DNA of 64,000 nucleotides from Eledone cirrhosa (taxonomy: Eukaryota). The position numbers and the translations under genes were made by a program. The notes beneath the pieces are model-generated. The model had not been told where the DNA came from and searched no databases. It worked only from the letters and a program-made list of their open reading frames with translations. Shown one piece after another: positions 13,701 to 27,670 of the stretch. The stretch covers positions 30,786-94,785 of the forward strand of contig CAXHJY010000568.1 in the NCBI GenBank assembly GCA_964016885.1, written 5' to 3'. Every line of letters begins with the position of its first letter. The stretch's first letter is position 1.

Positions 13701-16700
13701 TGTAGTGTGGTGTGGTGTGGTATAGTGTAGTGTGGTGTAGTGTGGTGTGGTGTGGTGTAGTGTAGTGTCGTGTAGTGTAGTGTGGTGTGGTGTAGTGTGA
13801 TGTAGTGTAGTGTAGTGTGATGTATTATAGTGTAGTTGGATGTGGTATAGTGTAGTGTGGTGTTGTGTAGTGTGGTGTGGTGTGGTATAGTGTAGTGTGG
13901 TGTTGTGTAGTGTGGTGTGGTATTGTATAGTGTAGTGTGGTGTAGTGTAGTGTGGTGTGGTGTGGTGTAGTGTGATGTAGTGTAGTGTAGTGTGATGTAG
14001 TATAGTGTAGTGTGATGTGGTATAGTGTAGTGTGGTGTTGTGTAGTGTGGTGTGGTGTGGTTTAGTGTAGTGTGGTGTAGTGTAGTGTGGTATAGTGTAG
14101 TGTGGTGTGATGTAGTGTGGTGTGGTATAGTATAGTGTGGTGTAGTGTAGTGTGGTATAGTGTAGTGTGGTGTGATGTAGTGTGGTGTGGTGTGGTATAG
14201 TGTAGTGTGGTGTAGTGTAGTGTAGTGTGGTGTGGTGTAGTGTGATGTAGTATAGTGTAGTGTGATGTGGTATAGTGTAGTGTGGTGTTGTGTAGTGTGG
14301 TGTGGTATAGTGTAGTGTGGTGTAGTGTAGTGTGGTGTGGTGTAGTGTAGGGTGGTGTAGTGTGGTGTAGTGTGATGTAGTATAGTGTAGTGTGATAAGG
14401 TATAGTGTAGTGTGGTGTAGTGTAGTGTGGTGTAGTGTAGTGTAGTGTAGTGTAGTGTGGTGTAGTGTGATGTAGTGTAGTGTGGTGTAGTGTGATGTAG
14501 TGTAGTGTGATGTGGTATCGTGTAGTGTGATGTAGTGTAGTGTGGTATAGTGTAGTGTGGTATGATGTAGTGTGGTGTCGTGTGGTATAGTGTAGTGTGG
14601 TGTAGTGTAGTGTCGTGTGGTGTGGTGTAGTGTGATGTAGTGTAGTGTAGTGTGATGTAGTATAGTGTAGTGTGGTGTGATGTAGTGTGGTGTAGTGTAG
14701 TGTGGTATAGTGTAGTGTGGTCTGATATAGTGTGGTGTGGTGTGGTATAGTGTAGTGTGGTGTAGTGTAGTGTGGTGTGGTGTGGTGTAGTGTGATGTAG
14801 TGTAGTGTAGTGTGATGTGGTATAGTGTAGTGTGGTGTAGTGTAGTGTGGTATAGTGTAGTGTGGTGTGATGTAGTGTGGTGTGGTGTGGTATAGTGTGG
14901 TGTGGTGTAGTGTAGTGTGGTGTGGTGTAGTGTGATGTAGTATAGTGTAGCGTGATGTAGTATAGTGTAGTGTGATGTAGTGTAGTGTGGTATAGTGTAG
15001 TGTGGTGTGATGTAGTGTGGTGTGGTGTGGTATAGTGTAGTGTGGTGTAGTGTAGTGTGGTGTGGTGTGGTGTAGTGTGATGTAGTGTAGTGTAGTGTGA
15101 TGTAGTATAGTGTAGTGTGATGTGGTATAATGTAGTGTGGTGTTGTGTAGTGTGGTGTGGTGTGGTATAGTGTAGTGTGGTGTGATGTAGTGTGGTGTGG
15201 TATAGTGTAGTGTGGTGTGGTGTGGTATAGTGTAGTGTCGTGTAGCGTAGTGTGGTGTGGTGTGGTGTATTGTGATGTAGTGTAGTGTAGTGTGATGTAG
15301 TATAGTGTAGTGTGATGTGATATAGTGTAGTGTGGTGTGGTGTGGTATAGTGTAGTGTGGTTTAGTGTAGTGTGGTATAGTGTAGTGTGGTGTGATGTAG
15401 TGTGGTGTGGTGTGGTATAGTGAAGAGTGGTGTAGTGTAGTGTGGTGTGGTGTGGAGTAGTGTGATGTAGTGTAGTGTAGTGTGATGTAGTATAGTGTAG
15501 TGTGATGTGGCATAGTGTAGTGTGGTGTTGTGTAGTGTGGTGTGGTATAGTGTATTGTGGTATAGTGTAGTGTGGTATAGTGTAGTGTGGTGTAGTGTAG
15601 TGTGGTGTGATGTAGTGTGATGTAGTGTGATGTAGTGTAGTGTAGTGTGATGTGGTATAGTGTAGTGTGGTGTAGTGTAGTGTGGTATAGTGTAGTGTGG
15701 TGTGATGTAGTGTGGTGTGGTGTCGTATAGTGTAGTGTGGTGTAGAGTAGTGTGGTATAGTGTAGTGTGGTGTGATGTAGTGTGGTGTGGTTTGGTATAG
15801 TATAGTGTGGTGTAGTGTTGTGTAGTGTAGTGTGGTGTGGTGTGGTGTAGTGTGATGTAGTGTAGTGTAGTGTGATGTGGTATAGTGTAGTGTGGTATAG
15901 TGTAGTGTGGTATAGTGTAGTGTGGTGTGATGTAGTGTGGTGTGGTATAGTGTGGTGTGGTGTAGTGTAGTGTGGTGTGGTGTAGTGTGATGTAGTATAG
16001 TGTAGTGTGATGTAGTATAGTGTAGTGTGATGTAGTGTAGTGTGGTATAGTGTAGTGTGGTGTGATGTAGTGTGGTGTGGTGTGGTATAGTGTAGTGTGG
16101 TGTAGTGTAGTGTAGTGTGGTGTGGTGTAGTATGATGTAGTGTAGTATGGTGTGGTGTAGTGTGATATAGTGTAGTGTGATGTGGTATCATGTAGTGTGA
16201 TGTAGTGTAGTGTGGTATAGTGTAGTGTGGTATGATGTAGTGTGGTGTAGTGTGGTATAGTGTAGTGTGGTGTAGTGTAGTGTGGTGTGGTGTGGTGTAG
16301 TGTGATGTAGTGTAGTGTAGTGTGATGTAGTATAGTGTAGTGTGGTGTAATGTAGTGTGGTGTAGTGTAGTGTGGTTTAGTGTAGTGTGGTCTGATATAG
16401 TGTGGTGTGGTGTGGTATAGTGTAGTGTGGTGTAGTGTAGTGTGGTGTGGTGTGGTGTAGTGTGTTGTAGTGTAGTGTAGTGTGATGTGGTATAGTGTAG
16501 TGTGGTGTTGTGTAGTGTGGTATAGTGTAGTGTGGTGTGATGTAGTGTGGTGTGGTATAGTGTGGTGTGGTGTAGTGTAGTGTGGTGTGGTGTAGTGTGA
16601 TGTAGTGTAGTGTAGTGTGAGGTAGTATAGTGTAGTGTGATGTAGTGTAGTGTGGTATAGTGTAGTGTGGTGTGATGTAGTGTGGTGTGGTGTGGTATAG

Positions 16701-19700
16701 TGTAGTGTGGTGTAGTGTAGTGTGGTGTGGTGTGGTGTAGTGTGATGTAGTGTAGTGTGATGTAGTATAGTGTAGTGTGATGTGGTATAGTGTAGTGTGG
16801 TGTTGTGTAGTGTGGTGTGGTGTGGTATAGTGTAGTGTGGTGTGATGTAGTGTGGTGTGGTATAGTGTAGTGTGGTGTGGTGTGGTATAGTGTAGTGTGG
16901 TGTAGTGTGGTGTGGTGTGGTGTAGTGTAGTGTCGTGTAGCGAAGTGTGGTGTGGTGTGGTGTATTGTGATATAGTGTAGTGTAGTGTAGTGTGATGTAG
17001 TATAGTGTAGTGTGATGTGATATAGTGCAGTGTGGTGTTGTGTAGTGTGGTGTGGTGTGGTATAGTGTAGTGTGGTTTAGTGTAGTGTGGTATAGTGTAG
17101 TGTGGTGTGATGTAGTGTGGTGTGGTGTGGTATAGTGAAGAGTGGTGTAGTGTAGTGTGGTGTGGTTTGGAGTTGTGTGATGTAGTGTAGTGTAGTGTGA
17201 TGTAGTATAGTGTAGTGTGATGTGGCATAGTGTAGTGTGGTGTTGTGTAGTGTGGTGTGGTGTGGTATAGTGTAGTGTGGTGTAGTGTAGTGTGGTGTGG
17301 TGTGGTTTAGTGTGATGTAGTGTAGTGTAGTGTGATGTAGTATAGTGTAGTGTGATGTGGTATAGTGTAGCGTGGTGTTGTGTAGTGTGGTGTGGTATAG
17401 TGTATTGTGGTATAGTGTAGTGTGGTATAGTGTAGTGTGGTGTAGTGTAGTGTGGTGTGATGTAGTGTGATGTAGTGTGATGTAGCATAGTGTAGTGTGA
17501 TGTGGTATAGTGTAGTGTGGTGTAGTGTAGTGTGGTATAGTGTAGTGTGGTGTGATGTAGTGTGGTGTGGTGTGGTATAGTGTAGTGTGGTGTAGTGTAG
17601 TGTGGTGTAGTGTAGTGTGGTGTGATGTAGTGTGGTGTGGTGTGGTATAGTGTAGTGTGGTGTAGTGTAGTGTAGTGAGGTGTGGTGTGGTGTAGTGTGA
17701 TGTAGTATAGTATAGTGTGATGTGGTATAGTGTAGTGTGGTGTGATGTAGTGTGGTGTGGTGTGGTATAGTGTAGTGTGGTGTAGTGTAGTGTGGTATAG
17801 TGTAGTGTGGTGTGATGTAATGTGGTGTGGTTTGGTATAGTGTAGTGTGGTGTAGTGTGGTGTAGTGTAGTGTGGTGTGGTGTGGTGTAGTGTGATGTAG
17901 TGTAGTGTAGTGTGATGTGGTATAGTGTAGTGTGGTATAGTGTAGTGTGGTATAGTGTAGTGTGGTGTGATGTAGTGTGGTGTGGTATAGTGTGGTGTGG
18001 TGTAGTGTAGTGTGGTGTGGTGTAGTGTGATGTAGTATAGTGTAGTGTGATGTAGTATAGTGTACTGTGATGTAGTGTAGTGTGGTATAGTGTAGTGTGG
18101 TGTGATGTAGTGTGGTGTGGTGTGGTATAGTGTAGTGTGGTGTAGTGTAGTGTAGTGTGGTGTGGTGTAGTGTGATGTAGTGTAGTATGGTGTGGTGTAG
18201 TGTGATATAGTGTAGTGTAATGCGGTATCATGAAGTGTGATGTAGTGTAGTGTGGTATAGTGTAGTGAGGTATGATGTAGTGTGGTGTAGTGTGGTATAG
18301 TGTAGTGTGGTGTAGTGTAGTGTGGTGTGGTGTGGTATAGTGTGATGTAGTGTAGTGTAGTGTGATGTAGTATAGTGTAGTGTGGTGTGATGTAGTGTGG
18401 TGTAGTGTAGTGTGGTTTAGTGTAGTGTGGTCTGATATAGTGTGGTGTGGTGTGGTATAGTGTAGTGTGGTGTAGTGTAGTGTGGTGTGGTGTGGTGTAG
18501 TGTGATGTAGTGTAGTGTAGTGTGAGGTAGTATAGTGTAGTGTGATGTGGCATAGTGTAGTGTGGTGTTGTGTAGTGTGGTGTGGTATAGTGTAGTGTGG
18601 TGTGATGTAGTGTGGTGTGGTGTGGTATAGTGTAGTGTGGTGTAGTGTAGTGTGGTGTGGTTTGGTGTAGTGTGATGTAGTGTAGTGTAGTGTGATGTAG
18701 TATAGTGTAGTGTGATGTGGCATAGTGTAGTGTGGTGTTGTGTAGTGTGGTGTGGTATAGTGTAGTGTGGTGTGATGTAGTGTGGTGTGGTATAGCGTAG
18801 TGTGGTGTGGTGTGGCATAGTGTAGTGTGGTGTAGTGTGGTGTGGTGTGGTGTAGTGTAGTGTCGTGTAGCGAAGTGTGGTGTGGTGTGGTGTATTGTGA
18901 TGTAGTGTATTGTAGTGTAGTGTGATGTAGTATAGTGTAGTGTGATGTGATATAGTGCAGTGTGGTGTTGTGTAGTGTGGTGTGGTGTGGTATAGTGTAG
19001 TGTGGTTTAGTGTAGTGTGGTATAGTGTAGTGTGGTGTGATGTAGTGTGGTGTGGTGTGGTATAGTGAAGAGTGGTGTAGAGTAGTGTGGTGTGGTGTGG
19101 AGTAGTGTGATGTAGTGTAGTGTAGTGTGATGTAGTATAGTGTAGTGTGATGTGGCATAGTGTAGTGTGGTGTTGTGTAGTGTGGTGTGGTGTGGTATAG
19201 TGTAGTGTGGTGTAGTGTAGTGTGGTGTGGTGTGGTTTAGTGTGATGTAGTGTAGTGTAGTGTGATGTAGTATAGTGTAGTGTGATGTGGTATAGTGTAG
19301 TGTGGTGTTGTGTAGTGTGGTGTGGTATAGTGTATTGTGGTATAGTGTAGTGTGGTATAGTGTAGTGTGGTGTAGTGTAGTGTGGTGTGATGTAGTGTGA
19401 TGTAGTGTGATGTAGTGTAGTGTAGTGTGATGTGGTATAGTGTAGTGTGGTGTAGTGTAGTGTGGTATAGTGTAGTGTAGTGTGATGTAGTGTGGTGTGG
19501 TGTGGTATAGTGTAGTGTGGTGTAGTGTAGTGTGGTGTAGTGTAGTGTGGTGTGATGTAGTGTGGTGTGGTGTGGTATAGTGTAGTGTGGTGTAGTGTAG
19601 TGTAGTGAGGTGTGGTGTGGTGTAGTGTGATGTAGTATAGTATAGTGTGATGTGGTATAGTGTAGTGTGGTGTTGTGTAGTGTGGTATGGTGTGGTATAG

Positions 19701-22700
19701 TGTAGTGTGGTGTGATGTAGTGTGGTGTGGTGTGGTATAGTGTAGTGTGGTATAGTGTAGTGTGGTATAGTGTAGTGGGGTGTTGTGTAGTGTGGTGTGG
19801 TGTGGTATAGTGTAGTGTGGTGTAGTGTGGTGTGGTGTGGTGTAGTGTGATGTAGTGTAGTGTAGTGTGATGTAGTATAGTGTAGTGTGATGTGGTATAG
19901 TGTAGTGTGGTGTTGTGTAGTGTGGTGTGGTGTGGTATAGTTTAGTGTGGTGTGATGTAGTGTGGTGTGGTGTGGTATAGTGTAGTGTGGTGTGGTGTGG
20001 TATAGTGTAGTGTGGTGTAGTGTGGTGTGGTGTGGTGTGGTGTAGTGTAGTGTCGTGTAGCGTAGTGTGGTGTGGTGTGGTGTATTGTGGTGTAGTGTAG
20101 TGTGGTATAGTGTAGTGTGGTGTGATGTAGTGTGGTCTGGTATAGTGAAGAGTGGTGTAGTGTAGTGTGGTGTGGTGTGGTGTAGTGTGATGTAGTGTAG
20201 TGTAGTGTGATGTAGTATAGTCTAGTGTGATGTGGCATAGTGTAGTGTGGTGTTGTACAGTGTGGTGTGGTGTGGTGTGGTGTAGTGTAGTGTGGTGTAG
20301 TGTAGTGTGGTGTGGTGCGGTTTAGTGTGATGTAGTGTAGTGTAGTGTGATGTAGTATAGTGTAGTGTGATGTGGTATAGTGTAGTGTGGTGTAGTGTAG
20401 TGTGGTATAGTGTAGTGTGGTGTGATGTAGTGTGGTGTGGTGTGGTATAGTGTAGTGTGGTGTAGTGTAGTGTGGTGTAGTGTAGTGTGGTGTGATGTAG
20501 TGTGGTGTGGTGTGGTATAGTGTAGTGTGGTGTAGTGTAGTGTAGTGAGGTGTGGTGTGGTGTAGTGTGATGTAGTATAGTATAGTGTGATGTGGTATAG
20601 TGTAGTGTGGTGTTGTGTAGTGTGGTATAGTGTAGTGTGGTGTGATGTAGTGTGGTGTGGTGTGGTATAGTGTAGTGTGGTGTAGTGTAGTGTGGTATAG
20701 TGTAGTGTGGTGTGATGTAATGTGGTGTGGTTTGGTATAGTGTAGTGTGGTGTAGTGTGGTGTAGTGTAGTGTGGTGTGGTGTGGTGTAGTGTGATGTAG
20801 TGTAGTGTAGTGTGATGTGGTATAGTGTAGTGTGGTATAGTGTAGTGTGGTATAGTGTAGTGTGGTGTGATGTAGTGTGGTGTGGTATAGTGTGGTGTGG
20901 TGTAGTGTAGTGTGGTGTGGTGTAGTGTGATGTAGTATAGTGTAGTGTGATGTAGTATAGTGTAGTGTGATGTAGTGTAGTGTGGTATAGTGTAGTGTGG
21001 TGTGATGTAGTGTGGTGTGGTGTGGTATAGTGTAGTGTGGTGTAGTGTAGTGTAGTGTGGTGTGGTGTAGTGTGATGTAGTGTAGTATGGTGTGGTGTAG
21101 TGTGATATAGTGTAGTGTGATGTGGTATCATGAAGTGTGATGTAGTGTAGTGTGGTATAGTGTAGTGTGGTATGATGTAGTGTGGTGTAGTGTGGTATAG
21201 TGTAGTGTGGTGTAGTGTAGTGTGGTGTGGTATAGTGTGATGTAGTGTAGTGTAGTGTGATGTAGTATAGTGTAGTGTGGTGTGATGTAGTGTGGTGTAG
21301 TGTAGTGTGGTTTAGTGTAGTGTGGTCTGATATAGTGTGGTGTGGTGTGGTATAGTGTAGTGTGGTGTAGTGTAGTGTGGTGTGGTGTGGTGTAGTGTGA
21401 TGTAGTGTAGTGTAGTGTGAGGTAGTATAGTGTAGTGTGATGTAGTGTAGTGTGGTATAGTGTAGTGTGGTGTGATGTAGTGTGGTGTGGTGTGGTATAG
21501 TGTAGTGTGGTGTAGTGTAGTGTGGTGTGGTGTGGTGTAGTGTGATGTAGTGTAGTGTAGTGTGATGTAGTATAGTGTAGTGTGATGTGGTATAGTGTAG
21601 TGTGGTGTTGTGTAGTGTGGTGTGGTGTGGTATAGTGTAGTGTGGTGTGATGTAGTGTGGTGTGGTATAGTGTAGTGTGGTGTGGTGTGGTATAGTGTAG
21701 TGTGGTGTAGTGTGGTGTGGTGTGGTGTAGTGTAGTGTCGTGTAGCGAAGTGTGGTGTGGTGTGGTGTATTGTGATGTAGTGTATTGTAGTGTAGTGTGA
21801 TGTAGTATAGTGTAGTGTGATGTGATATAGTGCAGTGTGGTGTTGTGTAGTGTGGTTTGGTGTGGTATAGTGTAGTGTGGTTTAGTGTAGTGTGGTATAG
21901 TGTAGTGTGGTGTGATGTAGTGTGGTGTGGTGTGGTATAGTGAAGAGTGGTGTAGAGTAGTGTGGTGTGGTGTGGAGTAGTGTGATGTAGTGTAGTGTAG
22001 TGTGATGTAGTATAGTGTAGTGTGATGTGGCATAGTGTAGTGTGGTGTTGTGTAGTGTGGTGTGGTGTGGTATAGTGTAGTGTGGTGTAGTGTAGTGTGG
22101 TGTGGTGTGGTTTAGTGTGATGTAGTGTAGTGTAGTGTGATGTAGTATAGTGTAGTGTGATGTGGTATAGTGTAGTGTGGTGTTGTGTAGTGTGGTGTGG
22201 TATAGTGTATTGTGGTATAGTGTAGTGTGGTATAGTGTAGTGTGGTGTAGTGTAGTGTGGTGTGATGTAGTGTGATGTAGTGTGATGTAGTGTAGTGTAG
22301 TGTGATGTGGTATAGTGTAGTGTGGTGTAGTGTAGTGTGGTATAGTGTAGTGTGGTGTGATGTAGTGTGGTGTGGTGTGGTATAGTGTAGTGTGGTGTAG
22401 TGTAGTGTGGTGTAGTGTAGTGTGGTGTGATGTAGTGTGGTGTGGTGTGGTATAGTGTAGTGTGGTGTAGTGTAGTGTAGTGAGGTGTGGTGTGGTGTAG
22501 TGTGATGTAGTATAGTATAGTGTGATGTGGTATAGTGTAGTGTGGTGTTGTGTAGTGTGGTATGGTGTGGTATAGTGTAGTGTGGTGTGATGTAGTGTGG
22601 TGTGGTGTGGTATAGTGTAGTGTGGTATAGTGTAGTGTGGTATAGTGTAGTGGGGTGTTGTGTAGTGTGGTGTGGTGTGGTATAGTGTAGTGTGGTGTAG

Positions 22701-25700
22701 TGTGGTGTGGTGTGGTGTAGTGTGATGTAGTGTAGTGTAGTGTGATGTAGTATAGTGTAGTGTGATGTGGTATAGTGTAGTGTGGTGTTGTGTAGTGTGG
22801 TGTGGTGTGGTATAGTTTAGTGTGGTGTGATGTAGTGTGGTGTGGTGTGGTATAGTGTAGTGTGGTGTGGTGTGGTATAGTGTAGTGTGGTGTAGTGTGG
22901 TGTGGTGTGGTGTGGTGTAGTGTAGTGTCGTGTAGCGTAGTGTGGTGTGGTGTGGTGTATTGTGGTGTAGTGTAGTGTGGTATAGTGTAGTGTGGTGTGA
23001 TGTAGTGTGGTCTGGTATAGTGAAGAGTGGTGTAGTGTAGTGTGGTGTGGTGTGGTGTAGTGTGATGTAGTGTAGTGTAGTGTGATGTAGTATAGTCTAG
23101 TGTGATGTGGCATAGTGTAGTGTGGTGTTGTACAGTGTGGTGTGGTGTGGTGTGGTGTAGTGTAGTGTGGTGTAGTGTAGTGTGGTGTGGTGCGGTTTAG
23201 TGTGATGTAGTGTAGTGTAGTGTGATGTAGTATAGTGTAGTGTGATGTGGTATAGTGTAGTGTGGTGTTGTGTAGTGTGGTGTGGTATAGTGTAGTGTGG
23301 TATAGTGTAGTGTGGTATAGTGTAGTGTGGTGTGATGTAGTGTGGTGTGGTGTGGTATAGTGTTGTGTGGTGTAGTGTAGTGTGATGTAGTGTGATGTAG
23401 TGTAATGTAGTGTGGTGTAGTGTGTTGTAGTGTGATGTAGTATAGTGTAGTGTGGTGTAGTGTAGTGTGGTGTGATGTAGTGTGGTGTGGTGTGGGATAG
23501 TGTAGTGTGGTGTAGTGTAGTGTGGTATAGTGTAGTGTGGTGTGATGTAGTGTGGTGTGGTGTGGTATAGTGTAGTGTGGTGTAGTGTAGTGTGGTGTGG
23601 TGTGGTGTAGTGTGATGTACTGTAGTGTAGTGTGATGTGGCATAGTGTAGTGTGGTGTTGTGTAGTGTGGTGTGGTGTGGTATAGTGTAGTGTGGTGTGG
23701 TGTAGTGTGATGTAGTGTAGTGTAGTGTAGTGTGATGTAGTATAGTGTAGTGTGATGTGGCATAGTGTAGTGTGGTGTTGTGTAGTGTGGTGTGGTGTAG
23801 TGTGGTGTGGTGCGGTTTAGTGTGATGTAGTGTAGTGTAGTGTGATGTAGTATAGTGTAGTGTGATGTGGTATAGTGTAGTGTGGTGTTGTGTAGTGTGG
23901 TGTGGTGTGGTATAGTGTAGTGTGGTATAGTGTAGTTTGGTATAGTGTAGTGTGGTGTAGTGTAGTGTGGTGTGGTGTGGTATAGTGTAGTGTGGTATAG
24001 TGTAGTGTGGTATAGTGTAGTGTGGTGTGATGTAGTGTGGTGTGGTATAGCGTTGTGTGGTGTAGTGTAGTGTGGTGTGATGTAGTGTGATGTAGTGTGA
24101 TATAGTGTAGTGTAGTGTGATGTGGTATAGTGTAGTGTGGTGTAGTGTAGTGTGGTGTGGTGTGGTATAGTGTGATGTGGTATAGTGTAGTGTGGTGTTG
24201 TGTAGTGTGGTGTGGTGTGGTATAGTGTAGTGTGGTATAGTGTAGTGTGGTATAGTGTAGTGTGGTGTGATGTAGTGTGGTGTGGTATAGCGTTGTGTGG
24301 TGTAGTGTAGTGTGGTGTGATGTAGTGTGATATAGTGTGATATAGTGTAGTGTAGTGTGATGTGGTATAGTGTAGTGTGGTGTAGTGTAGTGTGGTATAG
24401 TGTAGTGTGGTGTGATGTAGTGTGGTGTGGTGTGGTATAGTGTAGTGTGGTGTAGTGTAGTGTGGTATAGTGTAGTGTGGTGTGATGTAGTGTGGTGTGG
24501 TGTGGTATAGTGTAGTGTGGTGTAGTGTAGTGTGGTGTGGTGTGGTGTGGTGTAGTGTGATGTAGTGTAGTGTAGTGTGATGTGGCATAGTGTAGTGTGG
24601 TGTTGTGTAGTGTGGTGTGGTGTGGTATTGTGTAGTGTGGTGTGATGTAGTGTAGTGTAGTGTGATGTAGTATAGTGTAGTGTGATGTAGCATAGTGTAG
24701 TGTGGTGTTGTGCAGTGTGGTGTGGTGTAGTGTAGTGTAGTGTGGTGTAGTGTAGTGTTGTGTGGTGCGGTTTAGTGTGATGTAGTGTAGTGTAGTGTGA
24801 TGTAGTATAGTGCAGTGTGATGTGGTATAGTGTAGTGTGGTGTTGTGTAGTGTGGTGTGGTGTGGTATAGTGTAGTGTGGTATAGTGTAGTGTGGTATAG
24901 TGTAGTGTGGTATAGTGTAGTGTGGTGTGATGTAGTGTGGTGTGGTGTGGTATAGTGTTGTGTGGTGTAGTGTAGTGTGGTGTGATGTAGTGTGATGTAA
25001 TGTGATGTAGTGTAGTGTAGTGTGATGTGGTATAGTGTAGTGTGGTGTAGTGTAGTGTGGTATAGTATAGTGTGGTGTGATGTAGTGTGGTGTGGTGTGG
25101 TATAGTGTAGTGTGGTATAGTGTAGTGTGGTATAGTGTAGTGTGGTGTGATGTAGTGTGGGTGTGGTATAGTGTAGTGTGGTGTAGTGTAGTGTAGTGTA
25201 GTGAGGTGTGGTGTGGTGTAGTGTGATGTAGTATAGTGTAGTGTGATGTGGCATAGTGTAGTGTGGTGTTGTGTAGTGTGGTGTGGTGTGGTATAGTGTA
25301 GTGTGGTGTAGTGTAGTCTGGTGTGGTGTAGTGTAGTGTGGTGTAGTGTGTTGTAGTGTGATGTAGTATAGTGTAGTGTGATATGGTATAGTGTAGTGTG
25401 GTGTAGTGTAGTGTGGTGTAGTGTAGTGTGGTATAGTGTATGTGGTGTGGTGTAGTGCGATGTAGTGTAGTGTGGTGTGGTGTAGTGTGATGTAGTGTAG
25501 TGTGATGTGGTATAGTGTAGTGTGGTGTAGTGTGATGTAGTGTAGTGTAGTGTGATGTAGTATAGTGTAGAGTGGTGTAGTGTAGTGTGGCGTGGTGTGG
25601 TGTAGTGTGATGTAGTATAGTGTAGTGTGATGTGGTATAGTGTAGTGTGGTATAGTGTAATGAGGTGTGGTGTAGTGTGGTGTGGTGAAGTGTGGTGTGG

Positions 25701-26190
25701 TGTAGTGTGATGTAGTATAGTATAGTGTGATGTGGTATAGTGTAGTGTGGTATAGTGTAGTATGGTATAGTGTCGTGTGATGTGATATAGTGCGGTGTGG
25801 TATAGTGTAGTGTGATGTGATATAGTGTGGTGTGGTGTAGTGTGGTGTGGTGTGGTGTAGTGTGGTATAGTGTAGTGTGATGTGGTATAGTGTAATGTGG
25901 TATAGTGTGTTATAGTGTGGTGTGGTGTAATGTGGTTTAGTGTAGTGTGGTGTGGTGTGATGTCGTATAGTGTGGTGTAGTGTAGTGTAGTGTAGTGTGG
26001 TGTGGTGTAGTGTGGTATAGTGTAGTGTGTTGTGATGTCGTATAGTGTAGTGTGTTGTGATGTAGTGTGGTGTGGTGTGATGTCGTATAGTGTGGTGTAG
26101 TATAGTGAAGTGTGTTGTGATGTAGTGTAGTGTAGTGTGGTGTAGTGTGGTATAGTGTAGTGTGTTGTGATGTAGTGTGGTGTGATGTGA
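10781..26190. repeat. 15.4-kb pentanucleotide satellite (TGTAG/TGTGG/TATAG/TGTGA) with kb-scale higher-order duplications
   Basis: Strict 5-bp register. Rare variant pentamers recur at 1915-bp, 1930-bp and 2875-bp offsets. Confidence 0.97.
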
Positions 26191-26581
26191 GATATCATTG
26201 TTGTAGCTTCCAGACAGTCCAACTGTGGTGGTTCTTTCATCATGTTGTGATTGATATATATATGGAACGACTGTTGTCAAATTGTACAATGGAAACATAT
26301 GTTTATATCTCGTGGTGGTGTGACTTTTCCGAATTGCTATATACTATCCATCGGTCGCAACTCCCAGGTAGACTACTGTATAACTATATTGTCAGGACAT
26401 AACGTATGACCCGGTCCATAATTCGAATCTACATTCCGGCACAATTGCAGAATTCCAAGTTCTACTGTTATATATTATATATATATATATATATAATATA
26501 TATATAAAATAAAGTACCAGTAATGTACTGGGTAATTGCTGGCCTTGTGCCTAAAGTAGAAACAATTATATATATAAATAC

Positions 26582-26642
<61 letters not shown>

Positions 26643-27184
26643 AATCATGATCACAACCACCAATATATATATAAGAATAAAAATGGTTTTCCATTGACGA
26701 AAGTGGCCACAGTTGAATAAGTTACTTAATACATTCACACACACATACACACACACATACATATATATACATATATATATATGTATATGTGTAAATAGAC
26801 TGAATATATAATATCTACACACATATACAAATAGACAAAATATAATTAGAGTCTCTCTCTCCCTCTCTCCTCCTTTCCCTTCCTCCACCCTACCCTAAGC
26901 GCTGAACATTTAACGTTCTGTTCCACATGAAAACGTATTACTTCATATAAGGGAGAAAACTCCAGCGCCTAAGGTTACAATTCTTTCCCTGGGTTTTCTT
27001 CACCTTCAGAGAATCCAACGTTACGCCTTTTACAAAACACCGCTGAACATAAATAAACACTGATACATTGAACATACGTGGTTCTTGGATAGGTTTGAGG
27101 GTTGGGAATTAATTTACAGTGTCAGATGTGATTCCAGTGTATATAAATTGTTGAAGGTGAGGGAGGGCAGAATCACTGATTAAG

Positions 27185-27345
27185 TACGAGAGTCGGCTGA
27201 ATACTTCATAGGCTCACTATGAAGGAGTGATGCTAAAGCTGTGAAATACTGCATGCATTAATTTCAACTATTAAATGTGTTACTGTGAAAGGGCACATTT
27301 ATAATGGAGGAATGCGAAAGCGAAAAGTAACTGACCGACATATAA
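27185..27345 (+). mobile_element. Mariner-like 5' end remnant
   Basis: TA|CGAGAGTCGGCTGAATACTTCATAGGCT TIR-like start, similar to 9830. A degenerate ATGGAGGAATGCGAAAG... may be the transposase start. Confidence 0.45.
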
Positions 27346-27435
27346 TGTATATTAGAGAGTTGTTTAGAACCCTAGTGTTGAGTAACATAGAATCATTAGA
27401 ACATCTGACCGATGAAATGACAAGTCAGTCAATCA

Positions 27436-27670
27436 TATTGGTGGCCTCCCCACTGCCCCGGCGGACAGAATGGAGAAGGCGTTCCCCGGAGGACGGCAAG
27501 GGAGACGCGCTGGAAAAGCCATTCCAGCTCGCGAGGCTCACACCTGCGGCTGGCCAGCTCAGCGCCTATGGTGGTGAGTAGGAACGACCGCAAACCTGTC
27601 GGAGAGCGACCGGTATTTGAAGAGTTTGGCCTCCTCAGCCCGACCTGCAGCAGATAAAAACAAGCTGAGG
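27436..27670 (+). mobile_element. GC-rich structured segment, probable LINE (RTE-type) 5' UTR remnant
   Basis: Abrupt GC rise. Nested helices GAATGG/CCATTC and GCGTTCCC/GGGAGACGC. Confidence 0.35.

Noticed and set aside
10781-26190. Telomere-like G-rich array
   Set aside because: No TTAGGG or TTAGG units, and the array is interstitial with TE-rich flanks on both sides.
14062-26298. Long His/Thr/Tyr-rich ORFs in all three minus frames
   Set aside because: They are translations of the pentamer satellite; all frames give the same peptide and stops are compositionally rare.
26195-26470. Unique-looking segment as a possible host exon
   Set aside because: Only short open frames, no recognisable domain and no supportable splice pair.
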